Below are positions 31,701-43,836 of a stretch of DNA of 64,000 nucleotides, in pieces. Location: NCBI GenBank assembly GCA_963693365.1, contig CAVNZM010000011.1:7335921-7399920 (forward strand), in the 5' to 3' direction. The DNA comes from Amoebidium appalachense (lineage: Eukaryota > Protista > Ichthyosporea). A program made the translations under genes and the position numbers. The first letter of the stretch is position 1. The number at the start of each line of letters is the position of its first letter. The notes under the pieces are model-generated. The model searched no databases. It saw only the letters and a program-made list of their open reading frames with translations, and was not told the DNA's origin.

Positions 31701-34700
31701 ACATCGCTTGTAAGCATTTAGAAACACTACAACCTTTAGTTGTAGTGCATTTTCTTAACAGGCTGCAAAAAGTACAACAGCACAAAAGGTTTGAGGAACA
31801 AAGAACTCCAAGGTACACAAAGTCACATGTACATGCTCGGCACATCTGCAAACAAGGGAGAGCCAGTAGATACTATGTGAGATAATAACATAATAATAAT
31901 GATAATAATGATGATGCATCATGATAATAATAATAATAATAATAACTTAGTAATAATAATAATAATAACAATAACAATAATAATAAGGGGAAGTGAGCGA
32001 GAAGCCAAATGACCTACCACCTACTGAGGCGGCGTCTCCTTTCTTTTTTTTTTTTTTTTTCTCCGCCTGAGTAGATGTATAACGTCGCACGTGCGGCAAC
32101 ACGTCAGTACGTGTTAGCCAAATGACCGTGACTCAGGAAGAATAATAAGGACTCGGAGAAGCCAAATGACCGTGACTCAAAGAACAGACGTCTAAATCTG
32201 TAAATCGCTCCACAGCTGCAAATGAGACCACACAAACGCTAACAGCTATTCATGATTGGTGGAAATCCAAAACCGGTTATATCCAAACAACCAATATGAC
32301 TCACGAGTTGTCACAGTTACCAATGTCCACTGTTATTTTTTAGGTGATTTTAACACGCGACTCCACCACACAGACACACTGCAAGTGAGTGTCGGGTACC
32401 CATCTAAGCCCCCGGAGCGTGCTATCCCTTTAACAAGGTATGTCCAAAGTCACACTTTGCGGTTCCCTCAAATATCCCATGCCCACAACACCGACTGGGG
32501 AGTGGCCTTTTGGCCATCAACCATGTCAAAACTCTCTCTCCCTCCTAACCTCTCTAGGTCATCTGACCACTCTCCTATCCTTTTCCTACCTAAGATCTCC
32601 CTTGATCTGCTCCCCCCTCCCCCTCCCACCTTTCGCCTCCGTCTATCCCAGCTTAAGTCACAGTGGGGTAGAGTTGATGTATGTGTATGCTATGCTACGA
32701 AACACCCTATATATATGCGCCTATTAGAATCTGCACAAGCCAGGCCAGATTCACATCTCGTACTAGATACATGCACTAACTTTATTGTTGATGATTTGAT
32801 AGATCTCGGTGATTATGCTGGCGGTGGTAGGAAGGAATATCCCGATGCTCTCTTGTTACCAAACACCACTCCCGCTAGACTAGGTGAACCCCTGTCTCAA
32901 AAGGAAAGCTTGCGCCGGCTTGCTAGTATGAATCGATTTGGCCCCCCTGCTCGTATTATTGGTGATACCACTGGAGACCCCCTCATAGACTCTGATAAGT
33001 ATTTCTCGGAACTGTTTAAAGATAGGACCCCCGCTCAGAAACCTATTGTGTGGCCTGTAGACCCATCTATCCCCATAGAATCGATCCTCCCCTTTTTCAG
33101 TCCCGATGCCATATGGTCTGTGATATCTAGTTATAGCTCTAGTAAGTCTTGTGGACCTGATGGACTCCCTGCTGGGTTTCTTAAAATCCTTGTTCCCTCC
33201 TACCCACAAAAGGAAAGTGATCGTGCTATTAAACCTGATCTTACTATCATGTTAAGCTCTCTCTTTTCTTGGTGTGTTAAATGTGGACATGTCCCGTCAT
33301 CTTGGTTAGATACCTTAGTGATCCCCATAGTTAAGAAGGACTCTGAGGGCCCCATATCATCCTTTCGCCCCATTACACTAACCCAGGTTGTTCGTAGATT
33401 CTTTGAAGCTTGCTTACTTAGGTTATTTGCACATCACCCTAGGTTTCAATCTATTCTTCACATACACCCATGCCAATCCGCTTTTCGTAAAAACAATTCA
33501 TGTTATGTTCAAATAATGGCACTGCACGATTCTATGCAAGTTGGTGCACAATATGTTGGCTTTATTGATTGGAAAACTGCTTACGATTCTGTCTCCCCTG
33601 GTCTCCTATGGGAAAAGCTTGCTGCACGGGGTGTACCACACTGCATTGGTGTTCTGTTAGAAGCACTCTTGTCTCAAACCTATGGTAGAGCTGTGGTTAA
33701 TGGGCATCTTTCATATGGTTTTGCTCGTACTAGAGGTCTCTTGCAGGGTTCATTGCTTAGCCCCTTTTTGTTTAACCTATTTATAGATGATTTGGCTGTC
33801 AAGATTTACGCCGAAAACGATGACCCTATTAATAACTTTCCGCCTGCACTTCTCTATGCTGATGATCTGTCCCTCCTTGCCCGTACCCCTAGACGCCTGC
33901 AAAGATTGTTCGATGTAGTGTCAGAGTGGTGCAAGGCAAACCTTATGATCCTTAACATAGACAAATGTGGTGTTCTTGTACCTGATATAGCTAACAATTT
34001 ACACACATTTACATTATCATCTAAACCTGTACCTATAGTTCCAGAATACAAATATCTTGGTGTTCCGGTTGATTCTGTTGGTGTTATGTTTCCCCATATG
34101 GTCGAAAAGAGGGTAGAGTTGGCTCGTAAGCGGTTAGCTTTCTTCTCGGCTAATATTTTTAAAGACACACCCCTCCATCCTTCTATTAGACTTACATTTA
34201 TTCGCACTTTTGTCTTCCCGGCATGTGAATATGGTTTACCCCTTCTCGCCGCTTGGATCAAGAAAGAGAGAACTAGAGCGCTTAAACCCTTGGCAAATTT
34301 CCTTGAAGCAGAAGTTGCCTCCTTTCTATCTAACAACTGTTGTAAACCTGGGCCTGTAACGCTCTCGATATATGGTCTGGTCCCAATAGCTGCTAGAGTA
34401 TCCTATCTCGCGCTGAAATTCAATAAGCACATAAGCCGCTTAAAGAAGTATTTGCCCTCCCACCCTCTCTTCTCTATCCGACCTGTCCCCTCCTCACCTC
34501 TCCCCTCTTTCCTCCCCTCTCTCTCCCCTTCTCCCCTGGGCACAAATACAAATAAACCCCGCAATAGTGTGTGTGTGACTTTGGACTGCCACTTACTTAT
34601 TAAACATGTACACAATCACAAGATAATCACGCAATATAACAAATGGAAAAAGATACCACACGACACTAGACCCGATGAAAGCATACACCTTGAAAAACTA

Positions 34701-35142
34701 AGCCTTATGTCTCGTTTTATATATACTGACCGCCTCAACCATATTGCCAAATATGGCACTCGCAAGTGTATAACACCTAAATACATATTACCTTCCTGTA
34801 GAACTGGTCTTTCTCTAGCTGATGGTATTATTGATCAATTACCACGCTTTTACTGTACACGTGCTATACAGTGGAGATCTAATAAGTATAAGGTGGCATC
34901 ATTTGCATGCCCAAACAACACACACACACACCAGTTTAACCGGTCATGTATCGCCAAATGTAGTTTGATAGACCACATAATACCGCAACACACACACGTC
35001 ACATTCACAACAGACACCCAGAAAGATAGCCTACCTGTAAATTACAACATCCTTGATTTTATACTAAACACGCGTAACTACGACCTGTTTATTAGATGTA
35101 TTGATTGGCTTGAGAAACACATCACTACAAAATTATAGCGCA

Positions 35143-35209
<67 letters not shown>

Positions 35210-35241
35210 CCAGCTGATACCGAGTGTCCCGAGGGGAGCCC

Positions 35242-35278
<37 letters not shown>

Positions 35279-35709
35279 GGGGAACCCCAACTAATTGATT
35301 TCTCCTTGTAGTCTTTATGGTGTCTCGTAGAGAAAGTAAACCCTGATATATAGTCACCACCCGACATCTATGTACGTGATCATGATATACCGCTGAGGGG
35401 ATATTCCGAGCAAAACCCCCCCCCCATACCTGAGACTGGTTCTCTTTGCCTCGAGTAAACAGCGTAAACCCCCAATATGATATATGGCAGCTTTAAAACA
35501 TATGTAACGATTTAAATCGGCGTCACAACGCCCCTACGTATACGTACCTGCAGTGGCGTATACCACCGAGCCCCCACCCAGCCACTTGCTGACTAGTTGC
35601 ATTGCAGCAAGACTCACCCCACTGGCCCCAGCGTGGATCAGCACAGACTCGCCCTTGGCCATACGTGCAGACCAGAACAGCGCTGAATAGGCCGTCAGCC
35701 ACGCTTCCG
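29940..35709 (-). CDS. NADPH:quinone oxidoreductase, PIG3/TP53I3-like (MDR superfamily), C-terminal half only (exons 35709-35548, 31624-31461, 30692-30549, 30103-29940)
   Basis: (P)EAWLTAYSALF...GESVLIHAGASGVSLAAMQL...YATA-GSEDK...FNYKTTDF...GKGVNVVVDFVGG...NLK-SLCLDGRMVLLGLLGG...LSIVGSTLRNR..EYK-ARL...EAHRIMEANENVGKIIL. Splice phases are consistent. One apparent frameshift in a G4 run near 30635 is probably a homopolymer error. N-terminal exons not found. Confidence 0.88.
31882..31986. repeat. (AAT)n microsatellite upstream of the LINE
   Basis: Imperfect ATA/AAT trinucleotide run. Confidence 0.85.
32256..35138 (+). mobile_element. Non-LTR retrotransposon ORF2 (partial APE endonuclease + RT), intronic and antisense to the oxidoreductase gene
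   Basis: Uninterrupted 960-aa ORF. APE C-terminal motifs LGDFN and SDHSPI. RT motifs KSCGPDG, FRPITL, QSAFR, FIDWKTAYDSV, GLLQGSLLSPFLFNLFID, YADD, YKYLG. Cys/His-rich C-terminus. The stop is followed directly by (CA)n. Confidence 0.95.
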
Positions 35710-35912
35710 CTGCAGGGGCAAAAAAAAAAAAGGTCAATAATAAAGGTGACGTTAAATTGGGTTGCTACGAGTATAACGTCGATTACCTAGGTTGGTTTAA
35801 TGATTAGGTAGGGGTACCGAGAGAATGGGAAAGATAGAAGCATTCTATCATAAGATGTTACTAACACGGTGAACGGATCTTATTCAACCTACGGTTGTGC
35901 AGTTCCGGATCA

Positions 35913-35964
<52 letters not shown>

Positions 35965-36211
35965 TTCCTGGTAGCCCCTTACCCATAGTTCCCCCCCCCA
36001 TTTAGAATAAATGGGGTGGGTAGTATATGCAGTCCACCGACAAGGTGCACACCCACACGCACGCATGTGCACGCACACACCATCAGCAATCTTGCGCGAA
36101 CATCCAAAACATATCAAACCCATCTAGGATATGCAACTGTATATTAATGGATATCCTTTGTGACATATACTAATCCGTCTCAGCAGATTAGCCTAAGTCT
36201 ACGATCGAGAT

Positions 36212-36246
<35 letters not shown>

Positions 36247-36979
36247 GGCCCGGGTCACAGATCATCAAGATCAAGTCCGGGGCCTCAAGATAGCTGTGCA
36301 GCTGCGTGCATCATCTTGCCTCTGCCGGCGCAGGGCATTGGACCACGTCAGCCGGGACAGCCGTCCAATAGAATTCTAATTAGTGTGTAGGATAGATCGT
36401 AGGAGGACTTAGGAATGTGATTGTTCGGGCAGAAGCCCTTTTGTAAGGATTGGCAAGGTTTGATAGTATATGTTGCCAAACGTATTTATATATGTAGATG
36501 TAGAGGAAAGGGGGGAGGGAGGGGGGGGGGGGATAGTATGAAATGTAGATTTAGACTCTGCGGTGCCACTAGGGGGAGGGTGAGGGGTGAGACTTGGATA
36601 AATATATTAGTTGAGTAGATCGACTTAGCTCGTGCAGGCGCACGATAAAAGTAGATCGGAATGTTAATGGAATGTGGCATCGTAGGGGGCCAGGTGATGA
36701 TGATCTTGTAGGGCACGGCCTTGATGGCCTCAGTCGTAACTTAGACTCAATCCGTACGGATCTAAGTTTGCCCGTCGGAGCCTGGTCTTAATAAACTTTA
36801 CCGTTTTTCTGTACACGTTCGTTCCTTTTCGTGTGTGTACACTTAGTAGAGTGCCGCGTCTCTAGTACACATATATTAGGATACGACAAGCTACACCTTT
36901 CTTTTAGTGCGGTTTTTCGCGCTAGGGTAACGCGGTGACAGTTCCTTCTGGGCTGTTGCTACACCTCAAACACACAACG

Positions 36980-37019
<40 letters not shown>

Positions 37020-37621
37020 ACACGAGTTCGGGCACACACCACACAATGGCTAAGTTCAACGTAGATATGCTCTACGCATTGGCAGCGGAGGATAGCTCCC
37101 TGCACACACAGATACCACAGGTTCACACACTAGCTATAGACGCCAGAAACACAACAGCTTTTAGTTTACACTCAAACACCAGTGGTCGTGGGCGTGGTGG
37201 ACGTAGCGGACAGCAGCAGCAGTTCGACGAGGGGCATCGTCGTGGGTCCTCAAGACAGCGTCGAGGTGGTATGGCATGAATGTTTGTGGGGTGACTCTTC
37301 CAAAGGTATGAAGGGTGTGAATGTTTTGTGGTTGGGGGAGGTTCCCCAGCCACAAGTGGATGGTCTCAGTGTTTCTTGTCCCAACCCGGTGTTTGTTCTA
37401 ACCACACCGGAGGGGGTTTCTGTGCCATTGTTCCCGGGAGGGGGGGGGACACACACGAGTAAAGGGGGAAGGGGGGGGAAGGCACAGACACGTAGAAACA
37501 CACCACCACAACAACATACGACGGTTGCAGACACACCTACACCCACACACACACCCACACATACACCCAACACACACACACCACCCACCCACCCACCATA
37601 CACACACACCCCACCCCACCC

Positions 37622-38749
37622 GTGCAGGCACCACAGGTAGGTATGTTGCACGTAGGTATCGAGGGTGTGAGTCTTCGTGGGCAGGGATTGGGTGTGAGTG
37701 ATGATGTGTTGCTTGAATTGGAGGAGGATTTAGTTGGTTTTAGCCGGCATTATATAGACGTATGGTTAGCTGATGGTAAGTTGAAGGCTGTTGCTTTGCT
37801 CGATGGAGGGGCTCAGGTTAATTGTGTGCATGCTTCCTTTATTCGTCGTTTTAATCAGGCCGGGGGGGAAATTCCTATTTTAGATGCTTCTAGCACAGCC
37901 TTAGGTAGTGCTAATAATAGTAGTATGTCTGTGGAAGGTGTTTGTGTGTTGCCGTGTGAGATAGGTGGCCAGGCTATGCATATTGCTTGTTATGTGGTTA
38001 AGGATTTAGCTCAAAGTGTTTTGTTGGGAGCCCCATTTTTCCGTAGACATGTGAATGCTTTGTTTGAACGTACGAATGTTTTAGAATTGCAGTCCGGCGT
38101 TAAAATTAAAACCCATGATGGGCTCGACGGTTATCAGTCTGGTGCTAGAACGGTAGCTGAAGTAGTAATCGAGCCTTATCAGTGCCAAACGGTACGTGTC
38201 CGGGCCGGCAATCATGTTAGGATAGGGGATTTAGGGGTTTTTACTCCGAAAACCCCATTTCAGGAGGTGGCCCAATGGACCCTTAGTAGGGTATGGCCGG
38301 ATAAGACAATAGAAATAGAATTAGTGAATCCGGGCATCGAGCCTATAGTGATTAGGTCAGGTGTTTCCGTCGGTAGTTTCACTAATGAGATTGGTAGTAT
38401 AGAGGTCTCTCTTATTACCCAAAAGGAGGATGCCGGCTCGAAGGGTGACTCAGGAGGAGGGGGAACAACTTTATTTAACGTTAGCCACCAAAATGTCACC
38501 CGACACGATGGGGGGGGGGACCGGGACAGCACCGGTCCCACTCCCCCGACCCCCAAGAGGAAGGAGGGTCACCCCGGGTGTGAGAATGTGCAGGCAGGGG
38601 GGGAGGGTGTTGGTCTAACCCGTGGATCTGACGGGTTAACCAACACCGTGGGGGGCAGGGTGGCCACAGACCTGGCCCCCCACATACATGCACTAACTCA
38701 TCAGGAATTGCCCGGGGGCATTGGTGTGCCGGGGGGAGGGGGGTGCTAA
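37622..38749 (+). CDS. Gypsy aspartic protease region
   Basis: ALLDGGAQVNCV catalytic motif and VLLGAPF flap/C-terminal motif. Confidence 0.85.
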   Translation: MQAPQVGMLHVGIEGVSLRGQGLGVSDDVLLELEEDLVGFSRHYIDVWLADGKLKAVALLDGGAQVNCVHASFIRRFNQAGGEIPILDASSTALGSANNSSMSVEGVCVLPCEIGGQAMHIACYVVKDLAQSVLLGAPFFRRHVNALFERTNVLELQSGVKIKTHDGLDGYQSGARTVAEVVIEPYQCQTVRVRAGNHVRIGDLGVFTPKTPFQEVAQWTLSRVWPDKTIEIELVNPGIEPIVIRSGVSVGSFTNEIGSIEVSLITQKEDAGSKGDSGGGGTTLFNVSHQNVTRHDGGGDRDSTGPTPPTPKRKEGHPGCENVQAGGEGVGLTRGSDGLTNTVGGRVATDLAPHIHALTHQELPGGIGVPGGGGC

Positions 38750-38935
38750 GGGTGACCGCCTATATCCGGAGGTACCTCAACCTCACCCCGAGCAGCACCG
38801 ATGTAATACAGGAGGTGAAATGTTAAGTGGCACACATCCGGTGAATAAGGATGCATCCACTTGTGATGGGGGTAACCCGGAGTTAGTATTGCCGTTTGGT
38901 ATGAAGGAGGGGGTTGGACGGTAGAACAGAAAAAA

Positions 38936-40434
38936 TTGCTAGCTAAGTTATTTGATAGGACTCGGTTTGCATTTCTGGCCGATGATAACGAAGTAGGCTT
39001 CGTTAAAGGGTTTGAAATGCAGATCGACACAGGTGATAATAGGCCGGTAGTGATGCCTAGCTATAGAATGGAGCAGTATAAATTGTCGGATGCGCTAATA
39101 ATAGTGAGTGATATGTTAAAAAAGGGTCATGTGGAGCATAGTTCGAGTCCGTGGAGAAGTCCGGTGCTATTGGTTAAGAAGCCCGACGGGTCTTGGCGTC
39201 TAGTGAACGATTACAGGGCTCTGAATCGGATCACTAAGGCAGACCAATGGCCTCTCCCTAACATAGACGAGCAGCTTTCACAGCTGCACGGCTATACTCA
39301 CTTTGCTAAACTTGATTTAAAAGCAGCTTTTTGGCAGATAAGGTTGGAGGAGAGCAGCAAGGAGAAGACTGCCTTTGCACTGGGTGACCAGCTGTTCCAG
39401 TACAAGGTGGTGCCGATGGGTTTGCTCTCCTCTCCAGCTATGTTGTGCCGGGTAATGTATAGAATTCTCCACCCTCATTTGGATGTATGCCACCCTTATT
39501 TGGATGATGTTTTAATTAAAGGTAGGTCATTTGAGGAGCTAGTTAATAATTGTGAAAAAGTATTTTTAGCTTTGGGTGAGTCTGGTCTTCGCATTAGCGG
39601 TAGCAAGACTGTGATTGGTGTGCCGGAGGTTAAGTTTTTAGGTCATATTGTGTCTAGTAATGGTCTTTCCCCTGATCCGGAGAAAATCCGGGCCATAGTT
39701 GAGTGGCCCCGTCCTCAGACTGTCACTCAACTAAGGCAATTTTTAGGTTTAACTAATTATCTTCGTCGTTATATTAAGGATTATAGTATGCTTGCTTTGC
39801 CGTTAACTAGTCAGACGGGGGGGGAGAAGAAGAATAGAATAGATTGGAATGTTGATGCTGTTTCTGCTTTCGAAAAGCTTAAGTTAGCTTTGCAGTCTTC
39901 GAGTATGCTTGTTCATCCTGATTTTTCGGCCGGGGGGGGATGTTTAAAGTTCGGTGTGATGCAAGTAAGGTTGCTGAAGGGGCCGTGTTATATCAAGTGC
40001 AGGAGGGGCAGGATAGGGTGATTGCTTATGCTAGTCGTTCATTTAGTAAAAGTGAACGTAGATATAGCAATCCAGAGAGAGAGTCCCATGCTATCTTTTG
40101 GGCAGTCTCACAGGCATGGAGGTATATACTCGCAGGCAGGACGTTTGAGGTCTACACCGACCACAAGCCCTGCCTAGCCATGGCCGGCACCACTCGTCTG
40201 GTCAACGAGAGGATCCAGAAGTGGGCCGCGGCTCTCGGTGAGTTCTCCTATAAATTGTTTTATGCCAAGGGTGAAACAATGGTTGACTGTGATGCTCTCT
40301 CTCGTGCTGCTTATATTTTGTTTGAAGAAGAGAAGGAGGGGGAGGGGGGGGATAGTGAGAGACGGGGGGGAAGGGGGGGAAGGGGGGGGATAGTGAGAGA
40401 CGGGGGGGAGGGGGGGGAAGGGGGGGGAGAGTGA
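38936..40434 (+). CDS. Gypsy reverse transcriptase + RNase H (frameshift in G-run near 39935)
   Basis: SPWRSPVLLVKKPDGSWRLVNDYRALN, LDLKAAFWQI, PMGL, YLDD; RNase H CDAS, YASR, ERE, YTDHKP, DALSR. Confidence 0.93.
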
Positions 40435-40524
40435 GCAGAAAGGAATAGATGCTGTGTCTGTTGATGTGTCTTCTTGGGTTCCGGGGTTGCTTGCTTATAA
40501 GTGTAGGAGAGGGGGGGGAGGTAT

Positions 40525-42333
40525 TTGTCAGTGTCTGAGGTCGGGACCGAGTCTCATGGCTCGGCCCCTGCCTTAGCACCTACGGCTTTGATCTTGGCTC
40601 AGGAGGAAGATGTGTTGATTGGTCTGGTTAAGAATTATTTAAAGGGGCCGGTTGATTCGATTAAATTTAAAAATAAAAGGCAGATGATTAAGGTAGCTAA
40701 GTTAGCAAAAATGTGTCAGGTAGAGCAGGATCTAGTTTATCATTGTTCTGGGCCAGACGGACACCGAGTTTGGGTCCCGACGGCACTTGTGCCTGAGGTT
40801 TTGCATATGGTGCATGAGCATCCCATGGCTGGTCATTTAGGTGTAAATAGGACGTTGCTTCGTGTTAATCGTTCGTATTTTTGGCCGGGTATGAGTAGGG
40901 AGGTGAGGGATTATGTGTTGTCATGCATGCATTGTCAGGAACGGAATGAGAGTCCCCACTCTCGTTCCCGCCCGTCGTTTATTAGGGATTTTAATGTTCG
41001 TATGTTTGAAAGGGTAGCAGTGGATGTGGTCGGTCCTTTTAATTCTACGGTTGAGGGTAACACTGTTCTTGTTACCGTCACCGATGTGGCCACTCGTTGG
41101 GTTGAAGTTTTTCCTCTCCCCACTGCTAATGCCGTTTTGTTTGCTCGTATTTTTGTGGATGAAATTTGTCTTAGGTTTGGTTGTCCTCGTGTTTTGTTAA
41201 CGGATAGGAGTCGTGTGTTTTTAAATCAGTTGGTGTCGGAGGTGTGCAAAATTTTAAGGGTAGCTCATATCACTACGTCTGCATATCACCCTCAAGCAAA
41301 TGCCATCTCTGAACGTGTGCATGCAGTGTTTCAGAAGTCCTTTGGCAAAATGGTGGATGTGGAGGCTAATGATTGGGATCATATGTCTAGGTTTATTGCT
41401 CATTCGTATAATTCTACCCCTCATGCTGTGACTGGTTTTTCTCCGTTTTATTTGGTCTATGGGCAGGAGGCTATTAGTTTGTTAGATACGGCACTTTTGC
41501 CGATGGGGGGGGCTGACCGACTAACTTATCCCCACTGGACTGAGTTCCGGGAGCAGCTACTAACCCGGGCCCGGGCTGCACGTGATGCAGCTCTGGCCCG
41601 TACACAGCAGGCACAGACACGTGCAGACGTGTCCACACGTCCGTTACGTGCATTTGCCGAGGGTACTTTAGTTTTAATTAGGGATCATACTAGGAAAAAG
41701 AGATATAAGCAGGAGCAGGAAGGTAAGGGTGAAGGTGAAGGTCTTCGTAAGTATGGTAAGAAATGGTTGCCTCTTTTCATTGGCCCGTATAAAATAGTGG
41801 CTAGGTTAGGTCCGACGGAATATAAGGTGCAGAGGTTAGATAATGAGAGTGATGTTAGATTTTATAATGTAGATGATATAAAGGAATATTATGATAGGGC
41901 CCTTAGGGTTAAACGGCCGGAGGGCCGTCGAGTGTTAGATGCATTCACCCCCGACTATGACGGGTCGGTGGATGTATCGGAGGCTGCAGTAGATAAAATT
42001 ATGGATAAAAAGGTTATCGAAGGTAAGGAAGGTAAGGTAAATTATTATTTAATTCGTTTTGAGGGAGGTTATCAGGAAGATCAGTGGTTGCCTGAGTTTC
42101 ATTTGGATTGCCCGTTTTCTATTCGTGCTTATGAGGCTAGATTAGTGCAGAGGGAGTTGCCTAGTGCTCCCTCTAGGCCAAAGAGAGTTATTCCTCAGTT
42201 TAATCGTGGTGTGAAAAAGTTGGTGGGGGAGGGGGCCGGGGGGGGAGTGATGCAAATACACGTAGACACACGGGGGGAGGGGGAGGGGGGGAGGAGACCG
42301 AGGAGGAGTGTGAACGTAGTCGTAGGAATTTAA
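40525..42333 (+). CDS. Gypsy integrase with C-terminal chromodomain
   Basis: HHCC (HEHPMAGHLG...CMHC), D,D-E core (VDVVGP, TDRS, SERVH), GPY motif, then VDKIMDKK...YYLIRFEG...DQWLPEFHL. Confidence 0.93.
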   Translation: MSVSEVGTESHGSAPALAPTALILAQEEDVLIGLVKNYLKGPVDSIKFKNKRQMIKVAKLAKMCQVEQDLVYHCSGPDGHRVWVPTALVPEVLHMVHEHPMAGHLGVNRTLLRVNRSYFWPGMSREVRDYVLSCMHCQERNESPHSRSRPSFIRDFNVRMFERVAVDVVGPFNSTVEGNTVLVTVTDVATRWVEVFPLPTANAVLFARIFVDEICLRFGCPRVLLTDRSRVFLNQLVSEVCKILRVAHITTSAYHPQANAISERVHAVFQKSFGKMVDVEANDWDHMSRFIAHSYNSTPHAVTGFSPFYLVYGQEAISLLDTALLPMGGADRLTYPHWTEFREQLLTRARAARDAALARTQQAQTRADVSTRPLRAFAEGTLVLIRDHTRKKRYKQEQEGKGEGEGLRKYGKKWLPLFIGPYKIVARLGPTEYKVQRLDNESDVRFYNVDDIKEYYDRALRVKRPEGRRVLDAFTPDYDGSVDVSEAAVDKIMDKKVIEGKEGKVNYYLIRFEGGYQEDQWLPEFHLDCPFSIRAYEARLVQRELPSAPSRPKRVIPQFNRGVKKLVGEGAGGGVMQIHVDTRGEGEGGRRPRRSVNVVVGI

Positions 42334-43563
42334 TTTATTATCATAGGTGTCTCCGTAGGTTTGATAATCAAGCTTATGGTGTAGATTAATTTATTATTTT
42401 TCTTCGTAATTTATTTAATTTAATTTTTTTAGGAGACTGATTAGTCTATGTCTTTCTAGGGGGTGTTAGATGTAATGTGACTGAGGTGGGACTCAGCTTT
42501 TCCGGGGGCCGGGGGGGGAGTTGACATATACTAATCCGTCTCAGCAGATTAGCCTAAGTCTACGATCGAGATCGGGGGGGGGGGGGGGGGGGGGGGTGGC
42601 CCGGGTCACAGATCATCAAGATCAAGTCCGGGGCCTCAAGATAGCTGTGCAGCTGCGTGCATCATCTTGCCTCTGCCGGCGCAGGGCATTGGACCACGTC
42701 AGCCGGGACAGCCGTCCAATAGAATTCTAATTAGTGTGTAGGATAGATCGTAGGAGGACTTAGGAATGTGATTGTTCGGGCAGAAGCCCTTTTGTAAGGA
42801 TTGGCAAGGTTTGATAGTATATGTTGCCAAACGTATTTATATATGTAGATGTAGAGGAAAGGGGGGGAGGGAGGGGGGGGGGGGATAGTATGAAATGTAG
42901 ATTTAGACTCTGCGGTGCCACTAGGGGGAGGGTGAGGGGTGAGACTTGGATAAATATATTAGTTGAGTAGATCGACTTAGCTCGTGCAGGCGCACGATAA
43001 AAGTAGATCGGAATGTTAATGGAATGTGGCATCGTAGGGGGCCAGGTGATGATGATCTTGTAGGGCACGGCCTTGATGGCCTCAGTCGTAACTTAGACTC
43101 AATCCGTACGGATCACACACACTCTCTCCCCCCCCTCCCCCCCCCCCCCCCCCCCCCCTCTCTCTTTTTGAGGCCCCCCCTCTCTCTCTCTCTCAACCCC
43201 CTCCCTCCCCCTCCCTCCCCCACGGCGTCCACGCCTGCCTCCACTGGCACCCAGTTACCCCCCCCCCCCCCCCCCCCCTCCGCCCTGCCTCCACCTCCTT
43301 TTACCCTTCCCTCCGTTCTCCTGTTCCTTCTGAGCTTCTACACCCACCTTCATGTTCTCCTGTCTTCAAAAAACCTTCAAATAAGCCCTTCCGGGGAAGT
43401 TCTGAGACCCCCCCCCCCCCCCCCCCCAAAACCCCCCCAAAAAAGAATAATAATATATATATAAAAACCAACCCGGCCGGCACCAAAAAAAAAAAAAAAA
43501 AAAGAAAAAGAAAAAAAAGAACCGTGACGAGTGGCACGAGGGAACAAGACATCAACAAGCACC

Positions 43564-43603
<40 letters not shown>

Positions 43604-43836
43604 AGGCCTCCCTCATAAATCCCCCCGCCCACCCCGCCCCGCCGTGGCCCGGCGAGGGTGGGGGGGCCCCGGTCCCCGGGGCCCAGGGGGAGGGGGGGGG
43701 GGGGGGGGGACAGCCTAAGGCCGTTAAAAGCCTTCGGCTCTTCCAGTCTGAGAATCTTCCAAGATACTCGAACATCGCAAGGGGGGGGGGGGGGGATAAG
43801 ACAGGGAGGAGTGATAATCGGAGTGCCTAAGCTAGT

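Larger units (their letters stand above)
36159..43114 (+). mobile_element. Ty3/Gypsy LTR retrotransposon with chromodomain integrase
   Basis: LTR copies 36161-36762 and 42522-43114 are nearly identical apart from G-run lengths. G-rich PPT before 42522. Order is protease-RT-RNaseH-integrase. The 5' LTR probably extends to ...GTGACA at 36940, and the 3' LTR is truncated. gag is mostly missing. Confidence 0.96.

Noticed and set aside
39930-39945. Programmed frameshift between RT and RNase H
   Set aside because: It falls in a G homopolymer; a sequencing error or slippage mutation is more parsimonious.
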